From the IMG/VR virus record IMGVR_UViG_3300037453_000161: a stretch of 64,000 nt of DNA. One strand, written 5' to 3'. The DNA is from an uncultured virus (IMG/VR IMGVR_UViG_3300037453_000161) (Duplodnaviria; Heunggongvirae; Uroviricota; Caudoviricetes). The notes below the pieces were generated by a model that worked only from the letters and a program-made list of their open reading frames with translations, was not told where the DNA came from and searched no databases. Shown piece after piece: positions 50,234 to 61,674 of the stretch. A program made the position numbers and the translations under genes. How positions within the stretch are numbered: position 1 is the stretch's first letter; every line of letters begins with the position of its first letter.

Positions 50234-51160
50234 TTATTTTTTTAATGCTTCATCAAGACAACGTAGACATTGCATAGGCTCAAAGCCAAATGCAAGTGAA
50301 CAAGTAGCAGCCAGAGCCTTACCAGCCTCAACTAGAATACGCTCTGCGGCTTCATCACAGCCCCGTGCGTGGTAGTTTTCAGCCGCCATCACATAAAGTG
50401 CCGACCTATGCTTAACTTGGCAGTAATAATGCCTGTCAGAGCCTTCTACGGCATCAAATACTTGGTTTAATGCGTCCACACGGTTAAGATAGTCGCCTTT
50501 AATGAGTTCCATATTGGCTGACAATTTGTCAGCAAGTTTAGTAATTTGGTCTGGTTCGTCAGCGAAGGTGTCCATATCAGAGTAGATGTTACAAATCTCC
50601 TCGTCATTATGGCACATAGCAGCCTCTAACTGACCAACAAGCATTAACTGGTCGAAAATCCAGCCACGCTTCTTATTCGATGTTTCGCTCTCTTTCTTGC
50701 TCATTTCGTTCCTCCTCAAGCAATTTTAATAGTTGTTCATCCATTATGACATCTTCTCGAACTTATGAACTACTTTTCCGACTTTGGAAGTATAGGTCAA
50801 AGTAAGAAGATACTCGGCTTGTTTTTCAGTAACATAATAATCGTGACCAACAGTGAACAGCATATTGAACCAGTTATCTGGAGAGTCCTCGGAAACGAAT
50901 TGAATACGCTCGGAAGATACGAACTTATATTTAGTGCCAGTCCCGCCACAGGAACGACAACCTTGTCCCTTGGTAGAGTAGCCACCACCTAGGTAGCGTA
51001 GTTTAACCTTCTTATCAGAAGTAGATTTTTCTGTCATAGGTAGAGCAACAGTGTTTTTAAGCACTGCTTCGGATGAAGGCACGAATTGCGGCTCGCTTAA
51101 AGCCTTCCTCCTTTTAGCAGCCTCGGCTTTTGCTCTCTGTCCACAAGAACTACATCCCAT
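50234..51160 (-). CDS. Two Cys-motif hypothetical genes (50744..51160; 50234..50704)
   Basis: MGCSSCG, GCRSCG; CQVKH, CLRCL. Confidence 0.65.
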
Positions 51161-51248
51161 TATTTGCCTCCTTTTCTGTCAATCAAATAGATAATAATGC
51201 CGCCAACAGCGACAATGAAGAAAGCCATTAAGAAGATACCTAGTTTCA

Positions 51249-52142
51249 TTAGATTACATCTCCAAACTCTTCAGGCACAGAGATTTCGCCACATCGTGAG
51301 ATTGCCTGTAACTCTGCAACGAGGGCAACGTCGAAGATGTCAGTGAGAAGGGTATCGGTAGCAGAAGCCCCGTTGTCTTTGTCAGACCACTCACGCTCAA
51401 TGTTACCGTTCTTCATACGCTTCAACAGACCAACTGTCTTCGTCATAGCAGAAGCACAGTCAGACAATGAAATCTTCGCATCGTCAATCTTGGAAATGAT
51501 AGGACAGACTAGAGGCAATAAGCCGTTTGGTAGGCTTTGATAACCTGCGTTGTATTTAAGAGTAATGGTAAACTGTCTCTTACATAAACAGCAACACCTG
51601 TGATTCCAGTAGAAGATGTTTGGGAAGTCATCACGCATAATGTAGAGTTTATTCGTGTATGGGTCAAGATGGTCGTTAAGGTATTCAGCAGTAAGTTCCT
51701 GTTTGACAAACTGACCAGCCACAACAGCGGTGATGTAGCCTTCTACAAATGGTTCATCGTCTAGTGGTGCGTATTCAAGAGGAATAACAATGTGGTCGTC
51801 GTCACAATTACAACATTTCCTAGTACAACCACACAACTGGTTAGCCGTAGTCTGTTGAGTACGGCATTGCATAATCATAGTATCATCGTCAGCATCAGTC
51901 CAACAAGCGTGGAGAGACAAGAAGCGAACTGCTAACCAGATTTTCTTCCATAAGAGGTCAACATCTTCGCCATCTGGGTTCTCGTTATTAGACGCTTCAG
52001 AGGAAGTTGATTCAGAACCCCTGTATGGTTTGTAGTCAATGTCACAATGTTCGGACACTTGATTCAAAATTACCTCGGCTCTTGGGTCGATTTTTCCGCC
52101 TTCAAAGAAGTCGTATGGTAATGGTTTAATACATTCGCTCAT
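51249..52142 (-). CDS. Head-tail adaptor-like protein, Cys-rich
   Basis: ITLKYNAGYQSLP motif. Confidence 0.6.
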   Translation of the reverse strand: MSECIKPLPYDFFEGGKIDPRAEVILNQVSEHCDIDYKPYRGSESTSSEASNNENPDGEDVDLLWKKIWLAVRFLSLHACWTDADDDTMIMQCRTQQTTANQLCGCTRKCCNCDDDHIVIPLEYAPLDDEPFVEGYITAVVAGQFVKQELTAEYLNDHLDPYTNKLYIMRDDFPNIFYWNHRCCCLCKRQFTITLKYNAGYQSLPNGLLPLVCPIISKIDDAKISLSDCASAMTKTVGLLKRMKNGNIEREWSDKDNGASATDTLLTDIFDVALVAELQAISRCGEISVPEEFGDVI

Positions 52143-52175
52143 AATTTAATAATACTACATTTATTTTTTCTTTTT

Positions 52176-52871
52176 TTAACTATGCCATCCTTTGTATCTA
52201 AATGCACCTAGGAAGTTGCCAAGCCCCAGCGATACGATGTTGACAGCAGCACCACCACGAGGCATTGGTGTACCGCCCTGGTTCTGCCCATAACATTGGA
52301 TGTAGTTAGTGCCACTGTAATCTTGGGCAGCCATACAGATATGACCGTATGTACCACCTGCCATAACAATCCAGTCACCCTGTTTAAGTTGAGTTGGGTC
52401 AGTAATAAGGTCGAACTCTGTTCCAGCGTTGACAGTACGCATAAGTTCCCAACAACCACGAGCCGCTCCGTTCCCTGTTTGAAGCATACGATTACACTGC
52501 GAGTACCAGAAAGCACAAGCGTAATCCCAGCACTGTGCTCCGTAATAACCGTCGCAATCAACGGCTGAACCGACTGGGTAGTCTGTAATCCACGAATTGT
52601 AAGTAGGGTAAGTGTTATAACCTCTTGCGAAGTTGATGTATGTACCACCAGCCTGTGACACGCCACTACCAGTAATAATTAACTTAAACTTATATTCGGC
52701 GATGTACTCGGTATCTACATCGTGGCAAAGATAAAAAACAGACAAACCATCTTGAGCCACCGCATCGTGTTCTTCACCATACTGACGAGCAACCACCGCT
52801 TTACGTTGGTTATAGAGTTTGCTAATCTCGTTCGTATTCTTTGCAACTTGGTTTACGAGGTCGCCATTCAT
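52176..52871 (-). CDS. Virion-associated CHAP peptidoglycan hydrolase
   Basis: DGYYGAQCWDY...GHICMA...GQNQ...LGAFRY. Confidence 0.85.
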   Translation of the reverse strand: MNGDLVNQVAKNTNEISKLYNQRKAVVARQYGEEHDAVAQDGLSVFYLCHDVDTEYIAEYKFKLIITGSGVSQAGGTYINFARGYNTYPTYNSWITDYPVGSAVDCDGYYGAQCWDYACAFWYSQCNRMLQTGNGAARGCWELMRTVNAGTEFDLITDPTQLKQGDWIVMAGGTYGHICMAAQDYSGTNYIQCYGQNQGGTPMPRGGAAVNIVSLGLGNFLGAFRYKGWHS

Positions 52872-52873
52872 AG

Positions 52874-54569
52874 TTAATCCTCAAACACTTTAATAGCCCT
52901 ATTGGTATGGCTTCCGATATACATCTTTTCTACTTTGTCCGACTCATCGTTATTATCGCCAACATAGATTTTGATAGGTTGAGTAGCCTGGTTGACAGAG
53001 TTCGGGACGTACATAGTCGCACCTTTAGGGAGAAAAATCATTGTGATTGTAATCCTGTCCACCCCTGTTGGAATAGTATAAGAAAAGTTACGACCAGTGT
53101 AAACTGTCGTTGTTTCGGTAGTGCCTACTGTCTCTACAAGTTCCGTCCTAGCATATTCGTATGCAGATGGGTTAAGGTCTACGATGTTTAAGAAGTCGAT
53201 TTGTGTGCCTGATGGGACACCACTTGCCACCCAACCAACTAGGCTTGGGTCGGTGACAAGACCGCTACGGGTGTAGATACGCCCTGCTTCTGGCTCGTTT
53301 AGACAGCCAGCGTAAAGGAGAGTACCGTTTGTCCAAAGGTCAAAAGCACCAACCCATCCAGAACTAGCCCCAGAGTAACTCTGCTCGACCATTGTTCCAC
53401 CAGTAGGGATGTAATCGACGTTAATGTTTGTTGAAACTGCCATTTACATCTCCTTTCTACGCACTAACTACGCAATAAATTGTTCCTTCAGTAAGAGCCG
53501 CACCCTCTCCAATATCAGTAGTTGAGGTGACGATTTTAACAAGACCGTAATTTGTGCCAGAAGCGGTTGGAAGGGTGATGTCGGCGTTAGACGCTTGGTT
53601 AGTCGTGAATGAGCCAATCGTGGTCGCAGCAGCGTCTTTAAGGGTAATAGTAGCATCTTTAATACCAGCACAAATAGCGGCGTTGGTGACTGCGTTGCTT
53701 GAAGATGGGTTCAATGCTGTGTCAAGAGTCCCCATTGGGCTTGGAAGAGTAATAGTCTGTCCACTCGCCTGGTTGGTAGAGAATGAGTCGATAAGGGTAT
53801 GGTCGTAGTTCTCAATACGAATAGTTGAATCGTACACAGCAGGAACGGTAGGGATGTCGGTAAGTTTGGCATACTCACTCATATCTACTTCGGTAGTACC
53901 AAGGTGTTGCCACTGGTTGTTGATGTACATCCATTGGTCATAGTAGTTATTGCCACTTTCCTTCTTCATATACACAGTTGTAGTGCTAATACCAGTAGTA
54001 GGGAGGTTCTGGACGATTTCAAATGTAACGGTCTGTTGAGTAATAGCACCAACTGCGGTAGAGATAGCAGCGTCAGTTTGTGCCTTCGTGTAATAAGAGG
54101 TAGCGTCAGCAAGGTCGGTAACGTTTACTGGGATGATAAGGTTAGCAGTCTGGTTTGTGCTTGAGTTAGCAGTAAATGTAGCGATAGTGTTGCCGTTCTT
54201 TTGAATGTCAAGAACAGCATCATTGACAGTGTTTACATCTACTTGTCTGACATAACCAGCGTCGTTGTTAAGTTGTGAAACGTTAGTAGGAATAGCAGAA
54301 GCAAGGGCATAACTGCTTGCGTCAGAGAGTTCTGCTACTGTGGTAGGAATCGGAAGGTCAACAGTAACATTACTTGCGTCATCTGCCGTGAATGTGCCTA
54401 CTGTTGTGCCGTTTACTTGGATGGTAAGAACTCCATCGTTAGGGTCGAAGTTCATCAAGTATTGAGCAATATCTGCTTGGTTAGCAGAAAATAGGTTCAT
54501 TTTTGCCGAGGTGACAAGTTCGTTTGCCGCCCAGGTGATGTTTCCGTTTGGTAATCCTGAATATGCCAT
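52874..54569 (-). CDS. Two virion fibre/structural genes (53457..54569; 52874..53443)
   Basis: Repeated IGSFTTNQAS..ITLP units; IPTNVSQLNNDAGY. Confidence 0.65.
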
Positions 54570-54595
54570 AATTATAATCCTTTCATTTAATTATA

Positions 54596-56485
54596 CTAGG
54601 TTTTAACAATTCTCGTTTTTCCGTGATTCGTGCCTTCAATCCAGTCACGAGTTGATACGGTGTTGTCGGTCTTTACTTTGACCATATCACGAATCTCAAT
54701 AGTCTCCACGTTGCCAGTCACCTCACTTGTACCTTTGACGAGACCCCATAATGGTCTTGGAACGGTTGGAGAAACACTGACCCATCCAGAGGTCAAATCC
54801 CAGTTGTTTACCACTCTTGCCCTGATGTAGACTTTTTGCAGAGGTTTGAGGTAGGAAATCGTGTATGAATACGGGGCAGTAGTAGGGTTTGTGCTAACGA
54901 ACGGAGATGAAAAGTCAGAGTTCCAGGACATCTGATACTCAATTTTCTTTAACGAAGAGTCCCCAGAAGCACCGCCAGTGCCATTGTTGGTTGTGACGGT
55001 TGTAAGAGTCCTGTCTAGTTCGTCCCAAGAGAAGGTGAGAGTTGGGTCTTTCGGGATTGGATGGACTTCAGTAATATCAAGAGTAAGAGCCGCAGTAACT
55101 TGGTTCGTGTCTTGATAGGTAGCCTGACGCACTTGAACCTTTACAGCCGTATTATAGGCGATATTGAGGTTAAAGGTCTGGGCGGTATTAGGGGTGTAGT
55201 TCGTAGCGGCGTTCGCCCACGCAGAGTAAGTCGTACCGCCATCAGTAGAATAACGATATTGCAGATTGACTTTTGCACCAGAGACGTTATTAGTGCCGTC
55301 TGCGGCTTTTCCAGTAGCCTTTACTTTGAATGTGACATTAGTATCGTTTCTAGTAGTGCTGTCCAACGTCACAGAAGCCATAGGAGCAGGTGGAAGGTAA
55401 TAAACAGTAGACTCAAGAATGGACGCAGTTTTCTTCGTATTTGTTGCGTATGCACCTAGTTTGAACGCCGCACAGCCTTTAAGGTTGTTATGGGTGAACG
55501 TTTTGTTACCTGTTGCAGTAGCAGCAGTAGTCGACTGTGACGTGTAGCAGTTGCTCCACGCAGTGCCAGAACTTGCGGCTACGCCAACATAAATAGCACG
55601 ACTTGCACGGTTGTTAGGAGCACCAAAGCCAGTACAGGTTGCCTTCGCTACAACCTGATTCCAGGCACGAGAAACAAGCACAGCATCTAGTCCAGTAGGT
55701 ACAGATGTTGCCTTGAAGTCAAGTTGAATCGTGGTGTCAGAGTTAAGCGTGCCAGAGTATTCAGAGTTGCCAGTATAATACCAGTCAGCAGATTGTTCAG
55801 TAACGTTGTTGATTTTATAAGTAGACCCAGCGGCGTAGTCCCAACCTACCTGGTCAGAAACCTGACTACCGATTTTCGTAGTGTTAGGGACATACTCATC
55901 AAACTTGCCAACAGAGCCATCACCTGCCTCTGTACGGTTTCCAGCACTATCAACCTTGTTTACATTGACGTTTAGGTATTTTGTATTTGATGGGTAAGAG
56001 ATAGTGAATTGTGGGGCAGGGTCAGAACCATCACGAGAAGAGTTAGAATCGGCGTTTGAGTTTTCAGTGCCGAAACCCATACCAAACTTAAATGTCCTAG
56101 AACCAGCAGCAGAACTTGATACAGTCCAGGAAAGGTCACCGAAGTTCATTGTACCAGTATAGAAAATCCAAGGGTCAGAAGTCCACCAACCATAGCCACT
56201 TTGAAGACATACCGTACCAGTTTTCTTGAGAGGAGAAGTACCGCCATATGTAGTGCTACCATTGTCCCAAATGCCATACCAACCATAAAATGCCCTTGTC
56301 CAACCGAAGTTGAGGGTGAGGTTAGTGCCATAATGGTTTCCTTCTACACGAAGACCTTTTACAGTAATAGTATTGCCAGAGCGTGTGACGCTATCGTAGA
56401 CAAGTCTATCTACTTTCAAAGTACCAGAGTGCCCAGAGTAACCAATGGTTGCTGTTGAGGGGTGGTCTAATGCTGTCGTTGCCAT
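54596..56485 (-). CDS. Virion protein with FN3/Ig-like domains
   Basis: Thr/Ser/Gly-rich; LKPLQKVYIRARVVN. Confidence 0.65.
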   Translation of the reverse strand: MATTALDHPSTATIGYSGHSGTLKVDRLVYDSVTRSGNTITVKGLRVEGNHYGTNLTLNFGWTRAFYGWYGIWDNGSTTYGGTSPLKKTGTVCLQSGYGWWTSDPWIFYTGTMNFGDLSWTVSSSAAGSRTFKFGMGFGTENSNADSNSSRDGSDPAPQFTISYPSNTKYLNVNVNKVDSAGNRTEAGDGSVGKFDEYVPNTTKIGSQVSDQVGWDYAAGSTYKINNVTEQSADWYYTGNSEYSGTLNSDTTIQLDFKATSVPTGLDAVLVSRAWNQVVAKATCTGFGAPNNRASRAIYVGVAASSGTAWSNCYTSQSTTAATATGNKTFTHNNLKGCAAFKLGAYATNTKKTASILESTVYYLPPAPMASVTLDSTTRNDTNVTFKVKATGKAADGTNNVSGAKVNLQYRYSTDGGTTYSAWANAATNYTPNTAQTFNLNIAYNTAVKVQVRQATYQDTNQVTAALTLDITEVHPIPKDPTLTFSWDELDRTLTTVTTNNGTGGASGDSSLKKIEYQMSWNSDFSSPFVSTNPTTAPYSYTISYLKPLQKVYIRARVVNNWDLTSGWVSVSPTVPRPLWGLVKGTSEVTGNVETIEIRDMVKVKTDNTVSTRDWIEGTNHGKTRIVKT

Positions 56486-56501
56486 TTTCTTTCCTTTCCT
56501 T

Positions 56502-58865
56502 TTAGCCTAATACATCCGTTCCGTCGAGATGGCTTACATCGAGAATAAACGGACTTGAAGTTAATGAACCATCAGTGAGATAAACAACCACTTCACGGGC
56601 GTTGCCGAACTTTTGATGGGCTAGGGTGACGAGTTGAGCGTCAGTATAGTTAATTGGAGCGGTCATCATATTCTCTTCATTCGAGGTGTCGTAGTTCAAA
56701 ACTATGTCGTCTTCTGCGTCTTCAAGAGCAGCGATACGAGGTTCTGTGCTTGGGTCAAGGTCTAGTAGATTCCACTTATCATCCCACCAGAAGAACTCAC
56801 GCTGTGCCCAAGTGCCACTCAAAATGTTGACCAAACCTAAATCTTGTAGGTCAGGAACTAACCCAGTCCTTCTCCAAGAGTTAGTGTAGGTAAAATACGA
56901 ATCGCCAATAACAGCGGTCTTTCCAGAACCAGGGTTAGGGGCTTGAGTGCGAAGGTCGGTGATGTCTTCAGCGTAGTAATCATAAGTGCCGATAGGACGG
57001 AACGTACTATGAAGCATAGTGTTAATAGCCTCGTAAGTGGCGTTAGATGAAATCAAGTTATCGCTATCTTCAACCAACTGGTCTTCAAGAGTAATCCATT
57101 CACCGAATTGCCCTGGCTCGGTAGCAGTATAAACTTGGTTAGTTTGACCAGCACCAAAGGCTACAAGTGCGTCCATTGAACAGAGCAAGCACCCTGTCAT
57201 TTGTGAGAAGCGGACGATACGAGACAAGATTGAAGCAATCGTTGGGTTGTCTGAATATGGGTCACAGAGTTTCTTGACTTGGCAGTTAGCGTAAATGTCC
57301 TTTTGCCCAGTCTCGATTTTGTTCAATTCTTGACAAATAAGTTCAGACATATACTCAAGCGATTGGCATACACAGTTGTTCACATCAGCACATAGTGGCA
57401 TAGCGACTGTGACAACAGCAGAGTATGAATCGGTAACGCCTACCTTCTGATAACTCCTAACTTCATACGAAGTGCCACACAAGAGACCAGTGATTTGACC
57501 ACAAATAGTCGCAGGAGATTCGGTTGACGTAACAGTATCAGTAGTCACCCAGTCTGTCTGCCCTTCTGGACGGTATTCGAGGTGGGATGTCATTGGGTTC
57601 TGTTCTGAAACTGGGGTGAGGGTGTATGAAGTCACTTTGTAACAATAATCAAGGTCTGCGAGCAATCCAGATTGTTCAAGAAAACCGCTAGTCGATGTCA
57701 CCTCACCAGTAATGTTATCAGCAGCAGGTGGAGCAAAAGTGTAAATTGCAGAATGGTATGTGCCAGCACAGTTTGTTGTCTCTGTCTTTGCTTCGTATGT
57801 CTTACCACGCTGGATTAGGTTACGCATCGTTTTGGTGTAACCACTTTCAGAAGATGATGTATCAACAAGCGTCCAAGCAGATGTGCCAGCCTCACGGATG
57901 TAGAACTTGGTCTCAATGTCGCAAGCATCATTACCGTTGTTAATCTGGATGTTCATCTTCGACACTTGGTCAGACACATACTTATAGGCATATGGGTATG
58001 ACGAAGCGAGCGTAGTAAACGAACAAGTCTTCGTAGTGGTTTTATGACCGTTTGTAGCAGTAGCCTTGACATAATATGTAGTGTTAGACATTAAGCCTTT
58101 TACACCTGTACCAGTAGCGGCTACTGGGTCATAAGTGCTACTTGTAGACCAAATAACAGAGTGGTTCAAATTACAAGAGTTGCCAGAAGGACAGCCCCAG
58201 TCACTTACAGAAGATTTGACTTCGCCATTTGTGCTGTCTGGAACAATAGCACAAGAAAGACTTACTGAAGGTGGGTATGGCGGAGCAGGAAGAGTATTAC
58301 GGAACATTACACCAGCCGAGATGTGGTCGGTGTATCTATTACCAGTACAATACCACTCTGTCGGGTGAACAGACGAGAAGTGACACGGAGAAACACCACA
58401 GCCGCTCTGCCATAGGTTCACAACATAGAATGAACCAAGTTCACGGCTTTGACCGTGTCCTAGGGTCAACGTCCAAGAGCGAGAGAATGAATGACTACCA
58501 CCAGTAGAAATGTTCCAGTATTCATACTTCTGCATAATGGTATCATTGTAGCCAGAACCAGGGAATACACCGATAACACGGGTAGAACAAGCACCACCCT
58601 GCCACACTTCACGCCACATATCGTATGACGAAGTGATGTTCAAAGTGATTGAGTTATCAGAGTTAATAGTACCAGACCAAGAGTCACGCACTCTCATCTT
58701 CATACGAGATTTAGTTGGACCACCATCAGAGTCATCCCAGTAGAAGATAGCCTCGTGTGAGCCACTTAAACCAACATCTGTCCAGTTACCAATCAAGCCA
58801 CTCTCAATACCATTTGAGTAGCCATACTCTGTTGAGCCTCTGTTTTTGTATTGTAATCCAGCCAT
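56502..58865 (-). CDS. Virion protein with FN3-like domains
   Basis: GLMSNTTYYVKATA, GLLCGTSYEVRSY; start MAGLQY by TAATG overlap. Confidence 0.7.
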   Translation of the reverse strand: MAGLQYKNRGSTEYGYSNGIESGLIGNWTDVGLSGSHEAIFYWDDSDGGPTKSRMKMRVRDSWSGTINSDNSITLNITSSYDMWREVWQGGACSTRVIGVFPGSGYNDTIMQKYEYWNISTGGSHSFSRSWTLTLGHGQSRELGSFYVVNLWQSGCGVSPCHFSSVHPTEWYCTGNRYTDHISAGVMFRNTLPAPPYPPSVSLSCAIVPDSTNGEVKSSVSDWGCPSGNSCNLNHSVIWSTSSTYDPVAATGTGVKGLMSNTTYYVKATATNGHKTTTKTCSFTTLASSYPYAYKYVSDQVSKMNIQINNGNDACDIETKFYIREAGTSAWTLVDTSSSESGYTKTMRNLIQRGKTYEAKTETTNCAGTYHSAIYTFAPPAADNITGEVTSTSGFLEQSGLLADLDYCYKVTSYTLTPVSEQNPMTSHLEYRPEGQTDWVTTDTVTSTESPATICGQITGLLCGTSYEVRSYQKVGVTDSYSAVVTVAMPLCADVNNCVCQSLEYMSELICQELNKIETGQKDIYANCQVKKLCDPYSDNPTIASILSRIVRFSQMTGCLLCSMDALVAFGAGQTNQVYTATEPGQFGEWITLEDQLVEDSDNLISSNATYEAINTMLHSTFRPIGTYDYYAEDITDLRTQAPNPGSGKTAVIGDSYFTYTNSWRRTGLVPDLQDLGLVNILSGTWAQREFFWWDDKWNLLDLDPSTEPRIAALEDAEDDIVLNYDTSNEENMMTAPINYTDAQLVTLAHQKFGNAREVVVYLTDGSLTSSPFILDVSHLDGTDVLG

Positions 58866-61086
58866 TAGCAACACTCCTCCGCTGTTTCAGCAGTTAATTC
58901 TTCAAGACAGTCACCACCAGCCAGAACCTCACATTCTTCTTCTGTCAATAGAGGCACAAGACAGGTAGCAGACGGCATATACGGTGTCCATTGGTCACAA
59001 ATCATAATCTCTTCAGACTTTCTGCCGTCTTTCTCTAGGTAGATTTTGAAGAAGTAATTAGTATTAGGGATGAGATTGTTGTTGATGTGAACATCAAATG
59101 TAGCGTTTTCAGCGACGTTATAGACTACTTGGGTGGTAGCCTTTCCGTCAGACCACTCTGCTTCACTGTTGATAGCCTCGTACATAACTACAAGGTTTAC
59201 TCCATCAGTTCCGAGCGTCGGCGTTGAAACATTAAGGGTTGTAGTGATTTTCTCTTCACAGATGTCTCGCTCGTGTTCGAGACCATTAAGGGTCGGTGGG
59301 CAGAGATTCATCGGTGGGATTGAGATGACGAAACACTGTTGCATATCACCATCGTCAGACGAGAAGTAAGCACTTCCACAGTTGCCACGAGCGGCTCTAG
59401 CGAACACGCCAATAAGTTGCTCGGTGTGGCTTCTTACGACACCAAGGTTGAACGTGATGCTGTTGTTCATACGAGTTGGGGTGCGTCCGTGTTGTTCATA
59501 CGGAGTGCCAAACCTGTTCCAAGAGTTCCACCAGAAAAGAGTACCACCACCAGGACAATGGTCTGAACAGGTCGCAGTAGGAGCAGCAGACCACCAACCA
59601 CCCATACATTTGTTCCAGCCCCCATCAGAGAGAGACGGACGCTGTGGGTTGTTAATGTCCAGAAGTTTCACATTGACAGCCCAAGAGACGAACCCTGCTG
59701 TGTACATATAAGCCTGGAACTCACGACCTACGTCGCCAGCAGTACCAGTCAATGTTGATACAACGTCATTTAATGTGACGATAAGTTCACCGTTTGAGTT
59801 GTAAGAAATGTCAGCACGACCTCTTACTTCAATATGAAATGGGTAGAGAGTCCAAGAAATACCAGTATTATACATACCGTTAGCCGCCATAAACCTGGTA
59901 GCGATACCATATTGGTCATAGGCTTGGTTGTAAGCATAACACACGCCGTGGGTCGCTCGTGAGTGCATAAGCATCGGGTTGCCATTTGAGGTTGTGAACC
60001 AAAAAGGAACGCTCGAAGCGGACGAGTTAAATGTGCCACAGTCGGCTGACGGTGTCTCGCCACAATGCACAACACCCATAACTAACTCCCAATCACAAGC
60101 GTAATTGTCTGCTTACCAGTAGTGGCAGGGACGGCTTGTGCCTGTGCTAATGTCGTTTTAACGCCAAACAAGTATTTGTCAGCGTCAGCAGAAAGAACAG
60201 CGTCTTCATAGATGTCTTCAAGTGCAGACACACGGGCTTCGAGGTCGGCAAGGGTAGCATCCATCAAGTTCCAGGACTTATTGCCAGCAGTATCGTGTAA
60301 GTAGTATAACTCCTTATCAGCGAAGTAGCCTTTCTCTACCTCGATTACAGCATAGTTGTTAGGCTCACCGATGACATCTACCGCCTCCCATTGAGTGCCG
60401 TCATAGACGTACTCTTGGTTAATGCCATCAGCACCGTTAAGAACCATAGCCTTATCGTTTGCGGCTACTTGGGACATATCTTGTGTAGCAAGAGCACCTG
60501 GGACATCTGCATAATATTCGTAGGTGTAACTACCACCTGCTTCAGACCAAGCGACATCGTCGGTTGCTTTATGGAAGACAGACAAGATTGCATTTTGAAT
60601 TGCATCAAACACGCCACCAGATGTGATAGGGAGGAATGAGTTTTGTGTAGGAGTAGTTGAAGGGTTCTGCCAAATTGGGTATGAAGAGTTAGAACCACCA
60701 CCCATAAGGATTTGTGGGTAACGCCCAGACTTCAAATAAGCAATAAGTTTAGGGTCGTATGTACAAAGAATACACGCAACCGCTTGGTCAAAGCGTAAGA
60801 TACGAGAGAGAATGGAAGCAAGAGTAGGGTCTTTACTGTCCTCATCACACTTGCTCTCGTCATTAGTGTAAATAACCCTGTTGCCTGTCTTGATAGTTTG
60901 GTAGACAGCGACAAGGGCAGGAATAAGGTCATTGTTAAGAACATCGCAGTTACTCTCATCTTGACCGCTCGTTCCAGAGTCGTCTTGTAGATTCGCACAC
61001 TCACCAGAAACATACTCACCAATTTCATAGGCGAGTTGGTTGTCTAGGACTGTTTCATCGAAATTGTTGTAATAACTGTTTGCCAT
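58865..61086 (-). CDS. Two Cys-rich virion genes (60082..61086; 58865..60079)
   Basis: Operon-linked ORFs; the 60082 protein is paralogous to the C-terminus of the 56502 protein. Confidence 0.7.
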
Positions 61087-61143
61087 ACTTTAATTATAGT
61101 AAGTATTTGTTTTATTTTTTTTATTTGTAAAATTAAAACCCCG

Positions 61144-61575
61144 TCACTCGGACGGGGTTATAGGTGTATTTAGTTGTATTGGTTTGCCCAAAAGCGAGCA
61201 TTGGTAGATAACGTCCCTGATGATGTATTTGGACGCATCACCGTAAACATAGGATTGGTCAAATAGTTGGGTTAGATTAACGCCAGCATACTTGCCAATG
61301 TGTCCCCAAAGGGACTCACCCCCTTCCTTGCCAATATCTCCGTTAATCGTAACCCAAAACTTCATATTTGCCTCCTTTCAGCCGAGAGTCCTTATTTCGT
61401 GCGTAATGTAGTGCTCAAATAGTTCGATGAACTTCCCTGTGTTAATACCTTCGTCGTATTCCACGCAGACTGTATTTCCACTACATTTTGGCACTCCTCC
61501 AAGTATCTCGACGCATTGACATAGATTTTCCCTCTGTTGAGGATTCTCTACTACTGCGGTGCAAACAATCTTCAT
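61144..61575 (-). CDS. Two small hypothetical genes (61378..61575; 61144..61365)
   Basis: Strong SDs, bracketed by terminators at 61136-61160 and 61627-61659. Confidence 0.6.
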
Positions 61576-61674
61576 AATACCACCTCTTTCCAATGTACGA
61601 CCACGACGGTTACTATTATTATACAAGAAAAACACCCTGCTGTAAATGCAGGGTGTTTTCTGTGTGAGGTGGGT

